64,000 nt of DNA, taken from Actinomycetota bacterium. GTDB taxonomy: Bacteria > Actinomycetota > Acidimicrobiia > Acidimicrobiales > JAMDDE01. Positions within the stretch are counted from its first letter, which is position 1; each line of letters begins with the position of its first letter. The DNA is taken from the NCBI GenBank assembly GCA_023489235.1, contig JAMDDE010000001.1, forward strand, positions 14,072 through 78,071, read 5' to 3'. This document shows, piece by piece, positions 48,243 through 57,202 of the stretch. Position numbers and translations under genes: made by a program. The notes under the pieces were generated by a model, which was not told where the DNA came from, did no database searches, and was given only the letters and a program-made list of their open reading frames with translations.

Positions 48243-49340
48243 TCATTGCCAACCGTTAGCAACTGAACTATGATGCATAGATACTAGCCACTCTTGCTCC
48301 TCGACAAAGCTTTGAGAACCTCCATCGGTAGAAGGAAGAGCATGCTCCCCCTGCAGCCAGGCCAGCTTGATCACTACCCTGGAGTGCTGATATCCAACTC
48401 CTAGATCCCCACGCGAAGTGATCACTATCCAAGGGTATCCGTACTCGCCAGTACCATACGCTAGGTCGCCCCTGAGCTCCCTGGGCCAACTGAGGGCACC
48501 ATCAAGAGAACGAGCTACGCGAAGTATCTCGCGACCACTGCAGAGTTGACCGGGGCCGAAGCGAATCACCCCGGAACGTAGAGGGTTGTAAGCCATGACT
48601 ATCTCACCTGAGCCAAGGGAGGCAACGGCTATGCGGGAGTTCGGATTGGGGATATCTGTGGATAGCGCTTGCTCCCAGGTTCTTCCACGATCAGTTGACT
48701 TCGACTTGAACAAGTACCCTGACCTACTGCGCAGGAAGCCGAGAAGCTCACCGTGCCATTCCACGATAGCTGGCTGAATCAGCCAGCTATCGGAGGAGAT
48801 GACACCGGATAGAACCGTTGGCCCTGCTTCCATGTTGCCAACGGAGAATATTGCAAAACGTCCAATCCCTGCTCGTTCATGGTAAAGGGGAAGGATCAGC
48901 TCGTTCCAGGACGTGGTCAAAGCGGCGGTTCCAACCATCCAACCCGGAGGCAGGTCTAGAACGTGTCGCTCAGACCAGCTAAGACCATTGTCATCGGAGA
49001 CCAGGGTCCTTATACGGCTCTTTTCCCAATTGGTTCCAGATCCCGTGACAAAGAACAGCCAGAGCTTGCCACCATCCTCTACTGGAACCGAGTTGCCTTG
49101 AAAGACATCATCCTCCAAGACGAGAGGCTCTATGTTCCAATGTTGATCAGCAAAGCCGTGCGGTAGTAGCTCGCCTGAACTAGGGAACGGTCTCCATGCA
49201 TGCCAGAGCGCAGTCCGAGGAGCGCATTCGTAGTCGCCACCGAAGAAGAAGCAGTGTAGCCGATCCTGATGCTGAATGAACGAGGGAGCGTTCAGCATCA
49301 GGGAGACCTGCGAAGGATAGTTAATTGTTTCGACGATCAT
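48243..49340 (-). CDS. BNR/Asp-box repeat (sialidase-fold) protein with no signal peptide
   Basis: Three Asp-box motifs (SDDNGLSWSE, STDRGRTWEQ, SLDGALSWP). The N-terminus lacks a hydrophobic leader. Confidence 0.75.
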   Translation of the reverse strand: MIVETINYPSQVSLMLNAPSFIQHQDRLHCFFFGGDYECAPRTALWHAWRPFPSSGELLPHGFADQHWNIEPLVLEDDVFQGNSVPVEDGGKLWLFFVTGSGTNWEKSRIRTLVSDDNGLSWSERHVLDLPPGWMVGTAALTTSWNELILPLYHERAGIGRFAIFSVGNMEAGPTVLSGVISSDSWLIQPAIVEWHGELLGFLRSRSGYLFKSKSTDRGRTWEQALSTDIPNPNSRIAVASLGSGEIVMAYNPLRSGVIRFGPGQLCSGREILRVARSLDGALSWPRELRGDLAYGTGEYGYPWIVITSRGDLGVGYQHSRVVIKLAWLQGEHALPSTDGGSQSFVEEQEWLVSMHHSSVANGWQ

Positions 49341-49392
49341 GTAATATCTAATACCATAGTATAAGGAGAATCAGTATAAAGAGAATCCATTC

Positions 49393-50268
49393 CTAGCCTT
49401 TTAGAGCACCGCCTTCCAATGCTTTGACGAAGCGCTTCTGCACCAAGAGGTATACAACCATCGGTACCACAGAAACCAAGCTAAGTATTGCGAACAATTG
49501 TCCCGGCTCGGCCAGGAATGGCCCTTCATAGTACAGGGGAGCTAAGGGCATGGTTTCCTTGCTGAGGTTGGTCATGATCACAAGTGCCAAGTAGAACTCA
49601 TTCCACGAGAACAAGAACTGCCATACGGCGACAACAAACAGTGCAGGAATGATCATTGGGACTATGACCCTGGTCAATACGCTCAGCCAACTTGCGCCGT
49701 CCAATCTGGCTGCTTCTTCCAGCTCGGTGGGGAAACTATCCAGAGCTCCTTTTATTATCAAAATGGCAAAGGCAATACCAATCGCAGTGTAAGGACCGAT
49801 CAATCCCCAATATGTATTGAGTCCACCAATATTCTTCAAGAGCAATACGATAGGAACTAGTACGGACGCCAAGGGAATAAATAAAGCTGTAGAAATAATT
49901 AAAAATAATACACGACCACCAATGATATGAAGTCTAGAAATTGCAAAACTAGCTAACAATGCAAGGATAATAGTCAGGGTCACGGTACTGAGGGCGACAA
50001 TTGTGCTGTTAATAAAAAAATGAGGTAAATCAGGGTTCTTCAAAACTGAAGTATAATTAGATAAAGTGGAGCCGCTGAATACTATTAGAGATGGATCAAA
50101 TGCAGTTACAGCATTACGAAAAGATATATCAATCATGTATATAGTAGGAGATATGCTAAGTATTACAGCAATAATCAAAACGAGATGTGCCCCAATACGA
50201 CTAAGCCCATGACTTCTTGTAACCGCGGGAAGTTTGTCTGACTTTGCTTTGAAGATGTGCCTAACCAT
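49393..50268 (-). CDS. Carbohydrate ABC transporter permease (second)
   Basis: Six TM helices and EAA loop EEAARLDGASWLSVLTRVIVP. Confidence 0.88.
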   Translation of the reverse strand: MVRHIFKAKSDKLPAVTRSHGLSRIGAHLVLIIAVILSISPTIYMIDISFRNAVTAFDPSLIVFSGSTLSNYTSVLKNPDLPHFFINSTIVALSTVTLTIILALLASFAISRLHIIGGRVLFLIISTALFIPLASVLVPIVLLLKNIGGLNTYWGLIGPYTAIGIAFAILIIKGALDSFPTELEEAARLDGASWLSVLTRVIVPMIIPALFVVAVWQFLFSWNEFYLALVIMTNLSKETMPLAPLYYEGPFLAEPGQLFAILSLVSVVPMVVYLLVQKRFVKALEGGALKG

Positions 50269-50274
50269 ATAATT

Positions 50275-51144
50275 TTACTCCGCAGTTCCCGTAGAGATAG
50301 TAAAACGACCTTTAGCCAATACAAATACAAAGCCTACTAAGATGAAGGATAACCCAAACAATAATGTTGCAAGCGATGCAGATATCGATACTCTATTGTC
50401 GACAAAGGCAAGTTTATAAACATAGCTTCCCATAACCTGGCTAGAGTTACCTGGTCCACCATTAGTAGCAATATATACAATTGCGAACTGTTGTAATGCT
50501 TGGATAATTGCAAAGATAGTTAGTGTGTATGTCATCGGACGTACCATAGGAATTATTAGTTGCGTCCACAAGCGCCTGCCTGAGGCACCATCAATAGCAG
50601 CAGCATCTATTATTCCACGATCTATCTGGGAAATTGCTACTGAGTACAAGAGCACAAACCATCCAAGCCACTGCCATACGTTTACTGCAATTAATGCATA
50701 GGTAACTGTATCAGGATTACTAAGTAAAGCAGGAAAATGCGTCCCTAGCCCAATGGCACGTACTAGCCCATAAACTGCCCCATAATCTGGTGCATATAGA
50801 GTAGTAAACACAAGAGCGATAACTGTAGGAGTAACTACCATTGGCAGAAAAAGTATAGCTCTATAGAATGCTCGCCCTCGCACAATGTAAAACTCAATCA
50901 ACATTGCTAGTATGAAACCAATAACTATTTCAAATATTCCTGAAAAAACTACCCATCTGAGCGTATTTGCAAATGAACTTTCAAATGCTGGACGAGCAAA
51001 TAATGCACTGTAATTGGCAAATATTGATTTGGAATTACTGAAGCTACGAATAATGTTGTATAGAATTGGATAAAGCATAAATAGGAGAAATAACCCCAAT
51101 GCTGGAACAGCGTAAATCCAGCCAATCCTATGTGGTCTATCCAT
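50275..51144 (-). CDS. Carbohydrate ABC transporter permease (first)
   Basis: Six TM helices and EAA-type loop DAAAIDGASGRRLWTQLIIP. Confidence 0.88.
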   Translation of the reverse strand: MDRPHRIGWIYAVPALGLFLLFMLYPILYNIIRSFSNSKSIFANYSALFARPAFESSFANTLRWVVFSGIFEIVIGFILAMLIEFYIVRGRAFYRAILFLPMVVTPTVIALVFTTLYAPDYGAVYGLVRAIGLGTHFPALLSNPDTVTYALIAVNVWQWLGWFVLLYSVAISQIDRGIIDAAAIDGASGRRLWTQLIIPMVRPMTYTLTIFAIIQALQQFAIVYIATNGGPGNSSQVMGSYVYKLAFVDNRVSISASLATLLFGLSFILVGFVFVLAKGRFTISTGTAE

Positions 51145-51191
51145 ACTCCGAGCTCACCTGCCTAAATAGGTCTTTGAATGCTTCGAGCTGT

Positions 51192-51258
51192 ACGCAGCTG
51201 CTCCTCGAGTAGGACAGAGGCTGACCGCCTTTCTTGTCCTCCCGAGTAACAGCTGCGT
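51192..51258. promoter_or_regulatory. Long imperfect stem-loop between the binding-protein and permease genes
   Basis: Hand-paired: acgcagctg (51192-51200) with cagctgcgt (51250-51258); ctcgag with cccgag (5 of 6 pairs); aggacag with ttgtcct; and an apical aggc/gcct stem. Confidence 0.5.
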
Positions 51259-51298
51259 CATTAGCATAATACTATATTATTAGTTTAAGTAGCTAATC

Positions 51299-52621
51299 TC
51301 AGGAGTTGGAGGCAGCTACTTTGGCTACTGCAGCCATAGCGGCAGAAGAAGACTCCTTCCCGGTCGCTATGTCCTGCAAATTCTGCACCAAGGCGTTGTA
51401 CACGGCTGTACTGCCAATGGTATGGGGATAGGCCTTGGTAACATCCTGGCTGAGCGAGTTGAACAAGCTCATCACATTGGCGGGGAAGGAAACCGTTGGT
51501 TTGATTCCTTCAAAAGCAGGCAGGTCGTTAAGAGTATTGACTGCCTGGGTCTCGCCAACTCCACTGACAAAGCTCTTGAGCACTGCCTCGGTAGCGGCAA
51601 GTTGCTGAGGAGACTTGTCTGCGTTCTTGGTTATGCCCCACCCAAAGTCAACTCCTCCGAGAATTGGGCTTGGTGAACCACCACTGGTAATTGCTGGGAA
51701 ATTGAAATAACCAAAGTCCATCTGCTTGGCAAGCGGAGGAGCACCTGGAAGTTTGACCTCCTGCAGCCACCAGGAGCCAAGGGACATCATCCCTACCCGA
51801 CCAGCCGCGAACAAGTCTGCTCCAGTTGGATATTGCAACGCGCTCATGGCTCCAGATTGGAACACTTGCTGGGAAAGTTCTTTCCAGACATGGGCTGCTT
51901 CGATCATCCCTGGTTGAGTCCAAGTATTGCCGCCTGTCTCGGCTGCAAGCAGGCCTTGTAAGTCCGTTTGAGCAGCAATTTGCATGTATACCCATTCATC
52001 GAACAACCCCGTACCACCTCCCTGGAAGAAGGGAATATACCCAGCCGCGGAGATGGTATGGGCATCGCTGATCAGTTGAGAGAGCGTCTTGGGGGGTGTT
52101 AAATGCAGCTTGGCGAATATGGATTTGTTGTACCAGATGCCAATGGTCTCCGCTTCCTGCGGAATGATGTAGGTATTCGTGTTGCCTGGAGGATTTCCGA
52201 AGAGAGCTTCCTTGAGCAACGCTGGAGGGAAGTCAGACTTCCAGTTGGAACCCCACAACTTTGCTGCAATTGGGTTGAGTGGCAGAAGATCTGATCTGTA
52301 CTCTTGCGTTTTTGCACCAGGGGATAGGCCAATCAAATCTGGCAACGTACCACTTGCGGCCGCAGCTGCAAGTGAAGTGTAGAAGGCTGTATGGGGTTCA
52401 ATCTTGTAACTTATGGTGATGCCAGGATGCCTAGCCTCGAATGATGAGGCCATGAGCTTCATCGTAGGAGATACTGGCGTCCAGGACAGCACGCTCACGG
52501 TTGTGGTCTTGCTGGACGAAGGAACCTTCGTCGTCTTGCTCGGCGATGAGCTACATGCCGCAGCGACCACGGCAAGCACTACCAAGAGCGCACTCAACCG
52601 TATCTTTCCGCTAATTCGCAT
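51299..52621 (-). CDS. Carbohydrate ABC transporter substrate-binding lipoprotein
   Basis: Signal peptide with lipobox (VAAAC|SSS), 440 aa family-1 SBP-like. AAGGAG RBS 6 nt upstream. Confidence 0.88.
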   Translation of the reverse strand: MRISGKIRLSALLVVLAVVAAACSSSPSKTTKVPSSSKTTTVSVLSWTPVSPTMKLMASSFEARHPGITISYKIEPHTAFYTSLAAAAASGTLPDLIGLSPGAKTQEYRSDLLPLNPIAAKLWGSNWKSDFPPALLKEALFGNPPGNTNTYIIPQEAETIGIWYNKSIFAKLHLTPPKTLSQLISDAHTISAAGYIPFFQGGGTGLFDEWVYMQIAAQTDLQGLLAAETGGNTWTQPGMIEAAHVWKELSQQVFQSGAMSALQYPTGADLFAAGRVGMMSLGSWWLQEVKLPGAPPLAKQMDFGYFNFPAITSGGSPSPILGGVDFGWGITKNADKSPQQLAATEAVLKSFVSGVGETQAVNTLNDLPAFEGIKPTVSFPANVMSLFNSLSQDVTKAYPHTIGSTAVYNALVQNLQDIATGKESSSAAMAAVAKVAASNS

Positions 52622-52911
52622 TGCTACTCCTTATTTTTATTTTGTTTTATTTTGCTATTCATAGATAATTTCTTATTTGGAAATATCTAAATGATAGAGG
52701 TACTGTCTTGCATTTATGTATTTATATATTCCACACCTCCTTTAAATAAATTAAGGCACTTACGAAATCATCTTTAATATAAAGAGTTCTTTTAGAATAA
52801 ATCATCTTTTATCTATACTATCATATTATCTTATTTTCAAAATTAATAAATTATGCAAACATATATCGAATAATTGGTAATTAAATGCAGACGATGTTTA
52901 CTGCATACTAT

Positions 52912-54420
52912 CTAGAAAGAGGGCGTACTATCTCTTCCTATTTCTCTTCCTATTTCAGCTAATGTATGGTTGACATCTACAGTGACTGCATACAGTAATT
53001 TGTACAAAGAAAACAATTGATCATACCTCCTAGTTGTAGAAGTATCTGGCATGATGGTCTTAGATATTCTTGTCCAATCTGTCGAAAGATCGAACTTTTC
53101 CGTAGCCAATCCAGCTAAGTATGCATCCCCGTATGCAGCTCCTATCCCTACCGTAGGCAGGTGCTGCATCTGTCCAGTGACATCAGAGACTATCTGTGGC
53201 CATAGATCTCCGCTCGTACCGCCACCAACGGCAACCAACCTGGAAATCTTGGCTCCTGCATTGGTAAAGGCCTCCAAATTGTTTCGTACCCCGTAAGCAG
53301 TCCCTTCGAGAAGTGCCCGAGTCAACGCTCCCCTGCTATGTCCCAAGGTCAATCCAGCTATGACTCCTCTGGCCTCCGGGTCGAACAGAGGGGTACGTTC
53401 TCCGGAGAAGTAAGGAAGTACCAACAAACCATCCGAACCAGGAGGTACAGCACTGGCCTCCTGCAGCAGCTCGTTTATGTCGGTGGCGGTTAATTCCTCG
53501 AACCAACTGATGATTGCCCCGGAGGTGGCCATGCCGCCAGCCAATGTCCATGTTCCGGGGAACGTACCGACGGTATTCCACAAATGTCTGTCGCGATAGG
53601 GTCTATCGACCACATCTACGAAGAACATAGTCGTGCCGTACATAACCATTGCATCGCCTATGTTCCTCACCCCAGCCCCAAGGGCCTCACTCCATGCGTC
53701 TATGGTTCCGACTGCAACAGGAGTGCCTGACGGAATTCCTGTCTCCTGCGATACCGAATCCAGAACAGTACCAGCTATTTCCTGAGGCCACAGCAGAGCG
53801 GGGTATTCAAGGTGTTTACCTACCTCTTCCGCCCAGTCCTCTGCCCAGGTAGTCCTCTCTATGTCGTAGAGAGGGTCGCATTGACTCGCCGAAGAGTGAT
53901 CCAGAACATATTCGCCAGTCAAGCGCCACACTATGTAGCTATTGGCCATGAAGAATCGTCTGACTCGGCTCCAAGTACTCGGCTCATGTCTTTGCACCCA
54001 AAGAATCTTGGGACCAACCGCCTGAGTGGTTAACGGAGATCCGCAACGAGCAAGAATTGCGTCTTCACCATAGCGTTCATTGAGTTCTTTTATCTCCTCG
54101 GTAGAGCGAGTATCAACGCCGTACAGTATTGCAGGACGCAATGGAACGCCTGCTTCATCGGCAACGAGCAAACAGGGACCCAGACCACTAATGCATATTC
54201 CAGCAAGCGAACTAGGATTTCTATCTCTTAAAAGCTTATTTGACAATGCCTTGAAGTCAGCCCACCAAATTTCGTCTGCATCTTGTTCGAACCACCCTGG
54301 TTGAGGCATAGATACGCTATGTGTCCGAACGGCAGAATCGATGACCTCGCCTTCTGAGGTAACCAAAACAGCCTTCGTACTAGATGTTCCTATATCAATA
54401 CCTAGCAACATACAGCTCAC
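52912..54420 (-). CDS. FGGY-family carbohydrate kinase
   Basis: GIDIGTSSTKAV N-terminal motif and 502 aa of FGGY-like sequence. Starts immediately after the isomerase stop. Confidence 0.88.
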   Translation of the reverse strand: MSCMLLGIDIGTSSTKAVLVTSEGEVIDSAVRTHSVSMPQPGWFEQDADEIWWADFKALSNKLLRDRNPSSLAGICISGLGPCLLVADEAGVPLRPAILYGVDTRSTEEIKELNERYGEDAILARCGSPLTTQAVGPKILWVQRHEPSTWSRVRRFFMANSYIVWRLTGEYVLDHSSASQCDPLYDIERTTWAEDWAEEVGKHLEYPALLWPQEIAGTVLDSVSQETGIPSGTPVAVGTIDAWSEALGAGVRNIGDAMVMYGTTMFFVDVVDRPYRDRHLWNTVGTFPGTWTLAGGMATSGAIISWFEELTATDINELLQEASAVPPGSDGLLVLPYFSGERTPLFDPEARGVIAGLTLGHSRGALTRALLEGTAYGVRNNLEAFTNAGAKISRLVAVGGGTSGDLWPQIVSDVTGQMQHLPTVGIGAAYGDAYLAGLATEKFDLSTDWTRISKTIMPDTSTTRRYDQLFSLYKLLYAVTVDVNHTLAEIGREIGRDSTPSF

Positions 54421-55839
54421 CTAGTCACGTGAGTCGAAATTATCTACTTCGATCCCCAAGAATTTACAAGCAATCTTCATGGATATCGAGACATCTCCTG
54501 GCACTGCGTGAATGTGATTTGCTCCAAATCTTGATAAAAATATCTCTGGAGAAGTATTCATTCTTGTGAAAGCATGAGGCCAGGTATATGTGCTCTGTTT
54601 CATCAAATTCTCGTTAGTTGCTTCATCGAATTCAAGGAATTCTCCGGAAACGATCTGCAGACGATACCTACCTTCTATCCTGCTCAATCTTGCCAGAGTC
54701 ACCTCTCCAGGAGCCGCTAGAAAATGAACCGAAGCTCCACCCGCAGGGAAGTAGAAATCTGCGGGGTATAGATGCACCTTCCTCAAATTCTCCGCAGGAT
54801 CATCGCTTCGTGAAGCAAACCAAGTTGCATGTTGTCCGCTATTCACTAAGTCCCATAGATCCTTATCTGCAAAGTAATGCCTGACATCGGCAAATAGAAC
54901 GGGACCGCCTGTGACCCCTTTGAACAACTGCATGGTCAAGGCACCGTCCATGTCGTCCTCGGTGGCACATACGAATGGCTCTTTAGGTCCGTCCCAATCA
55001 TACGGATCGTTCAGGAAGGCCTCCAAGATATCCGTAGTGGCGAAGTATGTAGTCAGTTCTGGCTGACCTTTGATGCCACAAAAGGATAGGTTTGCTTCCT
55101 CGATAATGTCACGCATGGCATAATAAGAGCGTATTTGCCGTTCAAGCGTACCCTCGGTCAGAGCCTTGCCATCATAGTGGACAGTAGCGCAGTGTTTTTC
55201 CAACCACTGACGCGCAGACCTGACCAATGAAGCTTCTACTAGTTCCGAACGCCTGACGATCTCCCATTGGTCTATCTCCTCGACATCTATGCCGAACTTG
55301 GACATCCATTCATCGGTACGGCCCACCGCAGTGTACATACCCATTGACCTACCGCCTATCCGCCCAAAAGTTGTTCCTTTGAGGGCGCTTGCAGCATGTG
55401 CCCCAAGACAAATAGCCGAGAGACGTGCACGAACTGCACTGTCATTCATATCGCCCCACAGGCGTTCATGAACCCGTCCCAGCTGATCCAGCCCTCCAGC
55501 TGCTGCCAACATACCTACCATGCCCGGGTACTTGGGATCGATGGTGGACAACAGCAACAACGGGGTAGAGGTCATGCTGGCTGCAATCATTGAAAAATTG
55601 GGGAAAGCCCAAACTGGATAGTTGAAAATAGTGAGATCTGGATAGCTAGAAGCTACTAGTTGGGCCTCACTAGCCGCCAATGCATTGGAGGTGATTGCGG
55701 AGCGCGCTCTGATCACGGTATGACCCATACCCTCGAGAGCACGTACGACACTCTCTTCATTGCTCTGGACGAAGTCACCGACGTCCCTGTTGACAAAGTC
55801 TCGACCATCGCTAAATGTCAGCAGCCCGACGAGCGCCAT
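54421..55839 (-). CDS. L-fucose/L-arabinose isomerase-family sugar isomerase
   Basis: 472 aa. The N-terminal LLTFSDGRDFV pattern and overall resemblance to the FucI-like family are from memory. It is the first gene of the operon divergent from lacI. Confidence 0.72.
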   Translation of the reverse strand: MALVGLLTFSDGRDFVNRDVGDFVQSNEESVVRALEGMGHTVIRARSAITSNALAASEAQLVASSYPDLTIFNYPVWAFPNFSMIAASMTSTPLLLLSTIDPKYPGMVGMLAAAGGLDQLGRVHERLWGDMNDSAVRARLSAICLGAHAASALKGTTFGRIGGRSMGMYTAVGRTDEWMSKFGIDVEEIDQWEIVRRSELVEASLVRSARQWLEKHCATVHYDGKALTEGTLERQIRSYYAMRDIIEEANLSFCGIKGQPELTTYFATTDILEAFLNDPYDWDGPKEPFVCATEDDMDGALTMQLFKGVTGGPVLFADVRHYFADKDLWDLVNSGQHATWFASRSDDPAENLRKVHLYPADFYFPAGGASVHFLAAPGEVTLARLSRIEGRYRLQIVSGEFLEFDEATNENLMKQSTYTWPHAFTRMNTSPEIFLSRFGANHIHAVPGDVSISMKIACKFLGIEVDNFDSRD

Positions 55840-55934
55840 CGCCCCTCCTTTGGCCTTGAAGGATAGTTCCTTCGTCCTGTTGTCTAGTGTTCGCTCTTAC
55901 GACCTCAGTACTTCACTACTGTGATCACTCAGTT

Positions 55935-55962
55935 GTAACACTAATGTTATGTAATCGTTTAC
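55935..55962. promoter_or_regulatory. Candidate LacI-family operator(s) in the divergent promoter region
   Basis: TAACA-ctaa-TGTTA dyad (55935-55948) is followed directly by tGTAATCGTTTACc (55949-55962). That is 5 of 6 palindromic pairs around a central CG, like the TGNAANCGNTTNCA consensus. Confidence 0.4.
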
Positions 55963-56069
55963 CTTTCAGTTTAGTTACGAGATCGAACATTGTCAACGCT
56001 CATCTACTATGGAATCGTTGAGCTATACAACCATTTCGAGCTGAACGCCACTGAAAGGAGCCCCTATAG

Positions 56070-57080
56070 ATGACCACGATCACCGATGTAGCTAGAGCTG
56101 CTGGCGTATCCACTGCTACGGTATCGCGGGTCATCAACAACACCGGCAAGGTGAACGAGTTATTGGCAGAACGCGTCCGTGGAGTCATTGACGAACTCGG
56201 GTATCAGCCCAGTCGACTCGCTCGTAGTCTCAGAACCAGGAGAAGTCGTACCTGGGCGGTGATCATCTCGGATATTCGTAATCCTTTCTTCACCGATATG
56301 ATCAGGGGAATAGAGGACGTTGCCTACAAGAACAACTACGCCGTCGTATTGTGCAATGCCGAGGAGGACGACTCAAAGGTTGCCTCTTACATCCACTTGG
56401 CTCTCTCTGAACACATGTCTGGCCTGGTGGTCACCCCAACTTACACTCATCGCATAGACCTAAGCCCTGTACTTGAAGAAGAAGTCCCACTCGTGATGGT
56501 CGACCGCAAAGTCGAAGGATACGATTTCGACAGCGTACTGGTGGACAACGTCTGGGGCGCAGAGGAGGCAGTAGAGCACCTTATCGAGGGGGGATACCGA
56601 CGGATTGCAACTATCGGAGGACCCGTGGAGACAACTACTGGATACGAGCGACTGCTAGGGTATAAAAAAGCTCTTCAGGTACATGGGATCGATATCGAAG
56701 AGCAATTTGTTCGAATAAGTACATTTCGCGAAAAAGGTGGCTACGAGGAGATGAGGTTCTTGATCAACCTGGAGCAACGACCCGATGCTGTTTTCGTAGC
56801 CAATAATTTGATGACGATTGGCGCGCTCAGGGCACTTCACGAAGCAAATGTAGCAGTTCCTGATGAGATAGCCATCATTGGCTTCGACGACATGTCGTGG
56901 TCCTCGCTGCTCCGACCCCCGCTCACTGCAGTAGCGCAGCCCACCTATGAGCTGGGAGCTGAGACCGCTAAACTACTCCTCTCACGAATCGATGGTTACA
57001 CTGGTCCCGGTCGTCAAGTGGTGTTGTCGCCCACCCTCATGGTTAGGGAGAGCTCCAAACCAAAGCTGAAAAGCCGGTAA
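56070..57080 (+). CDS. LacI-family transcriptional regulator
   Basis: N-terminal HTH TITDVARAAGVSTATVSRVIN plus a periplasmic-binding-protein-like effector domain. Confidence 0.92.
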   Translation: MTTITDVARAAGVSTATVSRVINNTGKVNELLAERVRGVIDELGYQPSRLARSLRTRRSRTWAVIISDIRNPFFTDMIRGIEDVAYKNNYAVVLCNAEEDDSKVASYIHLALSEHMSGLVVTPTYTHRIDLSPVLEEEVPLVMVDRKVEGYDFDSVLVDNVWGAEEAVEHLIEGGYRRIATIGGPVETTTGYERLLGYKKALQVHGIDIEEQFVRISTFREKGGYEEMRFLINLEQRPDAVFVANNLMTIGALRALHEANVAVPDEIAIIGFDDMSWSSLLRPPLTAVAQPTYELGAETAKLLLSRIDGYTGPGRQVVLSPTLMVRESSKPKLKSR

Positions 57081-57093
57081 GCACCTCGATAGT

Positions 57094-57145
57094 TTTGTTG
57101 CCTGACTTTGTTGCTTTACTTTGTTGCCTGATTTGTGTTGTCCGT
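57094..57145. repeat. 13-bp-period tandem array (3 good copies plus 1 degenerate) of a TTTGTTGC-containing unit
   Basis: tttgttgc occurs at 57094, 57107 and 57120, with a degenerate ttgtgttg at about 57133. It lies between convergent genes. Confidence 0.85.
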
Positions 57146-57202
57146 AGCAGTATCATCGGTCATCATCAGTCACCACTCGGGGGTGCTCAGAGGTACCGAC
57201 TA

